Positions 57,998-64,000 of a DNA stretch of 64,000 nucleotides are shown in pieces. The notes under the pieces are model-generated. The model was not told where the DNA came from. It saw nothing but the letters and a program-made list of their open reading frames with translations, and did no database searches. Every line of letters starts with the position of its first letter. The stretch's first letter is position 1. Source of the DNA: Patescibacteria group bacterium (GTDB taxonomy: Bacteria; Patescibacteriota; Patescibacteriia; Patescibacteriales; GWC2-42-12); the NCBI GenBank assembly GCA_041662965.1, contig JBAZRI010000003.1, positions 65,331 to 129,330 on the forward strand, in the 5' to 3' direction. A program made the translations under genes and the position numbers.

Positions 57998-59836
57998 TTA
58001 TTCCACGGTTACCGACTTTGCTAAATTCCTCGGCTTATCAACGTCCCGGCCGTTTAACACCGCCATATGATAAGCGAATAATTGCAAAGGAATGGTGGCC
58101 AAGATCGGCGTCAACATTTCCAAAGTTTTCGGTATATAAATTACTTGGTCCGCCACTTCTTTTATTTTAGTATCGCCTTCCGTGGCGATGGCGATAATTT
58201 TCCCGCGGCGCGCTTTTATTTCCTGCATGTTGGAATAATTCTTTTCATAAACGCTGTCGGCCGGCGCGATGACTAAAGAAGGAAAATTTTCGTCCAGTAA
58301 AGCGATAGAGCCATGCTTCATTTCGCCGGAAACAAAGCCTTCGGCATGAATATAGGAAATTTCTTTTAATTTAAGCGCGCCTTCAAAGGCCACCGGGTGA
58401 TTATATTTCCTGCCCAGATAAGCAAAATGCTTAGATTGATAAAACTCTTGGGCAATTTTCTTTATCTCTTTTTCAGTGGATAAAACCTGCTTTATTTTAT
58501 CCGGCAGCTTAATCAATTCCTGAAGGATTCTCTGCCCCATGACTAAAGACATTTGCCTTTGCCGGCCCATCATTACAGCCATTAAAGCCAGAATCGCGAC
58601 TTGCGAGGTAAAAGCCTTGGTTGAAGCCACGGAAGTTTCCGGCCCGATATGATTATAAATTCCGGCGTCGGTCTCGCGGGCGATAGTTGAGCCAACGACG
58701 TTAACAATGCCTAAAACCAGCGCGCCTTTTTCTTTAGCTTCCCTCAGCGCGGCCAAAGTGTCGGCGGTTTCACCCGATTGGCTTAAAGCGATAACTAAAG
58801 TTTTATTGTCTAAAACCGGCTTGCGATAGCGAAACTCGGACGCATAATCAACTTCCGTTGATATGCCGGCGTATTCTTCAAACATATATTCGCCGACCAA
58901 ACCGGCATGGCGCGCCGTGCCGCAGGCAACGATTACAATTTTTTCTATTCCTCTTATTTTATCAACCACTTGATCCAAACCGCCTAATTTAGCCTTGCCT
59001 TCGTCTAAAATAATCCGGCCGCGCAGGCTATTGGCGATTGAAGCCGGCTGTTCAAATATCTCTTTAAGCATAAAATGCGGAAAGCCGCCTTTTTCGCTTT
59101 CTTCTAAGTTCCAATCAATCTCTGTGGTTTCCTTGGCCACAGTTTCATTTTTTAAATTATAAATTTTAAGGCCGTCGCCGTTTATTTCGGCTATTTCATT
59201 ATCATCCAAATATATAACTTGCTTAGTGTAGCGGATTATGGCCGAAACGTCGGAAGCAATGATAGTTTCATTGTCGGCCAAGCCTAAAACCAAAGGCGAA
59301 CCGCATCTGGCCGCCAATAATTTGTCCGGTTCGTCAACGTGATAAAGCGCCAAGCCGTATGTGCCTTTTAAAATTTTTAAAGCCTTGATTAAAGTAGTTG
59401 TTAAGTTGCCGTCATATAAATCTTCTAAAAGATGCGCGATCACTTCCGTGTCGGTTTGCGAAACGAATTTATGCCCTTTGGCGATTAACCGGGTTTTTAA
59501 TTCCTGATAATTTTCTATAATGCCGTTATGCACCAGCCAAATTTTTTTCTGGCAATCGCAATGCGGATGCGCGTTTTCTTCCGACGGCGCGCCATGAGTG
59601 GCCCAGCGCGTATGAGCGATGCCTAAGCCCGACCCCTTAACCGAAGACAAATCCATAAGATTTAATTTCTTCTCTAGCTCCGCGATTTTACCCACAGCCT
59701 TAGACGTAAAAACGCCAGCCGCGGTTTTTATTGATATGCCCGAGCTGTCATAGCCCCGATATTCAAGCCGCTTTAAGCCATCAAGCAAAATCGGCAAAAC
59801 ATTATTTTTTCCAATATAACCGACGATTCCACACAT
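57998..59836 (-). CDS. glmS: Glutamine--fructose-6-phosphate aminotransferase
   Basis: 612 aa with the MCGIVGY Ntn start, two SIS domains, and the C-terminal ...KSVTVE. Confidence 0.96.
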   Translation of the reverse strand: MCGIVGYIGKNNVLPILLDGLKRLEYRGYDSSGISIKTAAGVFTSKAVGKIAELEKKLNLMDLSSVKGSGLGIAHTRWATHGAPSEENAHPHCDCQKKIWLVHNGIIENYQELKTRLIAKGHKFVSQTDTEVIAHLLEDLYDGNLTTTLIKALKILKGTYGLALYHVDEPDKLLAARCGSPLVLGLADNETIIASDVSAIIRYTKQVIYLDDNEIAEINGDGLKIYNLKNETVAKETTEIDWNLEESEKGGFPHFMLKEIFEQPASIANSLRGRIILDEGKAKLGGLDQVVDKIRGIEKIVIVACGTARHAGLVGEYMFEEYAGISTEVDYASEFRYRKPVLDNKTLVIALSQSGETADTLAALREAKEKGALVLGIVNVVGSTIARETDAGIYNHIGPETSVASTKAFTSQVAILALMAVMMGRQRQMSLVMGQRILQELIKLPDKIKQVLSTEKEIKKIAQEFYQSKHFAYLGRKYNHPVAFEGALKLKEISYIHAEGFVSGEMKHGSIALLDENFPSLVIAPADSVYEKNYSNMQEIKARRGKIIAIATEGDTKIKEVADQVIYIPKTLEMLTPILATIPLQLFAYHMAVLNGRDVDKPRNLAKSVTVE

Positions 59837-59844
59837 ATATTTCT

Positions 59845-59880
59845 TGTCATTGCGAGGAGCCTCAGCGACGAAGCAATCTC
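59845..59880. repeat. TGTCAT-headed repeat, single half-unit, directly upstream of glmS
   Basis: TGTCATTGCGAGGAGCCTCAGCGACGAAGCAATCTC. Confidence 0.8.
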
Positions 59881-59895
59881 ACGAACGACATATTA

Positions 59896-60642
59896 TTATA
59901 TAAATTTCCACAGTTGCAAAAATATTGTTTTCTGCGTCTGATAGATCATTTCATTCTCTATAATCACCCCCACCGGATTATTGCGGCTGTCGCGGGAGAT
60001 AAAAGCGCATTTATCCGCGTAAATTAAAATATAAGTCATATTATCTTCACTCTCCCGATCGGTTTTAAGCCATTTTCTTTCGTCTAGGCCGTAAGTGCCG
60101 CCGCCGGAAGATAAAGAAATAGTATTAACTTTTATCTTGCTCTTAATTCTCTTTTTATTAAAATCCGGATAAGCGCCATAAACGTCTTCGCGCACCCCGG
60201 CCGCGGAATAAACATAATATTCTTTAACTTCAAGCTCTTTAGCCGAATTTAAAATATCATCTAAAATAAACTTTATGCCTGCTTTGCCTTCATAAAATTT
60301 AGTCACCGGCTTATTGCCGCCCTTTTCCTGAAGCGATTTCAGCTCGGGAATTAATTCTTTGATTTTTTCCCCGGCGTTTTTAAGCTCGTCCGCGCGGTCA
60401 GCCAGTAATTTTAAAATTTTTTCCGGATCTTCAGCCACGAAATGTTGCCTGGTGTTTTTATGGAAAAAGCTCACCAGCCCGGCTTCCTGCAGTTTTTTTA
60501 AAATGTCGTAAGTCGTGCCGCGATTTAAATTAGTTAAGGAAGCTAAATTTCTAACCGAGCCGGCGCCATGCTCTAAGAGCGATAAATAAACAGCGGTTTC
60601 TTTATCGCCTAAGCCTAATTTTTTTAAAATGGCTATGTCCAT
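59896..60642 (-). CDS. TrmB-family transcriptional regulator
   Basis: N-terminal wHTH (LGLGDKETAVYLSLLEHGAGSVRNLASLTNLNRGTTYDILKKLQEAGLV). Confidence 0.8.
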   Translation of the reverse strand: MDIAILKKLGLGDKETAVYLSLLEHGAGSVRNLASLTNLNRGTTYDILKKLQEAGLVSFFHKNTRQHFVAEDPEKILKLLADRADELKNAGEKIKELIPELKSLQEKGGNKPVTKFYEGKAGIKFILDDILNSAKELEVKEYYVYSAAGVREDVYGAYPDFNKKRIKSKIKVNTISLSSGGGTYGLDERKWLKTDRESEDNMTYILIYADKCAFISRDSRNNPVGVIIENEMIYQTQKTIFLQLWKFI

Positions 60643-60673
60643 ATTATTTTCTCCTCTTCTCGCGAAGGAGAGG

Positions 60674-60880
60674 CTAAGTAAGACTAATATTTTTAATAAT
60701 TTGTTGGCCGGTTTGGCAATTAAATTTTATTCCATCATGCCCTTCAGCTTTAGCTTTATTTATTAACTGCCTTAATTTATTTAGATCTTCTTTTTGGCAA
60801 AATTTCTGGCAATTAACGCAATTTATATTTTTAAGCTTCTTGCCGCTAGATTTCTTCTTAAACATAATAAATTTTCTCAT
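60674..60880 (-). CDS. Small basic Cys-containing protein, unknown function
   Basis: 68-aa ORF with CVNCQKFC...C. No RBS recognised. Confidence 0.35.
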   Translation of the reverse strand: MRKFIMFKKKSSGKKLKNINCVNCQKFCQKEDLNKLRQLINKAKAEGHDGIKFNCQTGQQIIKNISLT

Positions 60881-61050
60881 CGTAAATTGTTATTTAATCA
60901 GCATAACTCAATAATTTATTATTGTCAATAATTTTTCTACAATAATATAATATAATAAAATAAATAGCTTAAATTAGCTATTTATTTATAATATACTTGT
61001 CAACTAATATAACTACAATTATAAAGTTATCCACAGTAAAAGGCATTATA

Positions 61051-61176
61051 GTTTTATTAAAATTTTTGGCCGTAGAGCTTTGCTCGCTAAAAATTTTAAT
61101 AAAACACATTATATTTTTGGAAAATATTATTTATCCCCGTAGGGGGAAAACCTTTTTTGAAAAGGTTTTTAAAAAC
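61051..61176 (-). promoter_or_regulatory. Hairpin plus TATAAT cassette (copy 3 of 3), downstream of the 5S rRNA
   Basis: Stem 61051-61067 / 61089-61105 and loop GGCCGTAGAGCTTTGCTCGCT. The distal block carries an extra CCCCGTAGGGG palindrome. Confidence 0.55.
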
Positions 61177-61194
61177 AATTAAAAAAGCACCATG

Positions 61195-61312
61195 GTTCCG
61201 GCGCTGGCCTACTCTCCCAGGGCTTATGCCCAAGTACCATCGGCGCTGATGAGCTTGACTTCCGTGTTCGGGATGGGAACGGGTATGGCCTCATCGCTAG
61301 AAGCACCAGAAC
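61195..61312 (-). rRNA. rrf: 5S ribosomal RNA
   Basis: The minus strand reads GTTCTGGTGC...CCCGTTCCCATCCCGAACACGGAAGTCAAGC...GGGAGAGTAGG...GCGCCGGAAC. Helix I closes with 10 bp including G-U pairs. Confidence 0.9.
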
Positions 61313-61386
61313 TATGATGCCTTTTTATATGTTTATCAAAAAAGTATAGAGATTGCTTAAGCAATTTATTTTTTCAAAACAAAAAT

Positions 61387-64000
<2,614 letters not shown>

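Noticed and set aside
59837-59895. A possible glmS ribozyme upstream of glmS.
   Set aside because: The intergenic space is only about 59 nt and is mostly occupied by a TGTCAT repeat half-unit. There is no room for the ~170-nt ribozyme and no match to its core.

Overview
This is an AT-rich, very gene-dense bacterial chromosome segment with nearly all genes on the minus strand. I saw no transposase, integrase, CRISPR array or tRNA. Core content: rpoB-rpoC, a Mur-ligase plus FemAB-type cell-wall pair, ruvA, ftsH, glyQS, rpsA, proS, ileS, guaA, a glmS/GNAT/glmM/glmU(N-domain) operon, a PilB/GspE-type ATPase, a LemA/TPM pair, two orphan multi-TM histidine kinases, and the 3' part of an rRNA operon (partial 23S plus 5S, minus strand). 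The gene repertoire and composition look like a Candidate Phyla Radiation / Patescibacteria (Parcubacteria-like) genome; this is inference only. An accessory stretch at about 21.6-32.9 kb holds the most unusual content. (1) A RiPP-like locus not visible in the ORF track: a Cys-free 40-aa peptide gene, an intercistronic hairpin, and a radical-SAM enzyme with an N-terminal extension and no SPASM cysteine pattern. (2) An Arg (CGC) T-box riboswitch, followed by a candidate RRR leader-peptide attenuator, upstream of an ArgA-like GNAT. (3) A MerR-HTH/GHKL-ATPase plus STAS-like two-gene module with a candidate operator. (4) A micro-membrane-protein / TM-methyltransferase operon. The window also carries several families of structured intergenic repeats: TGTCAT-headed GC-rich palindromes; hairpins with conserved cores but locus-specific stems; and a hairpin cassette carrying TATAAT. 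GC-rich palindromes also sit in frame inside three housekeeping ORFs. The 23S rRNA gene carries GC-rich helix expansions. All functional calls come from motif recognition by eye; no database search or folding computation was run.
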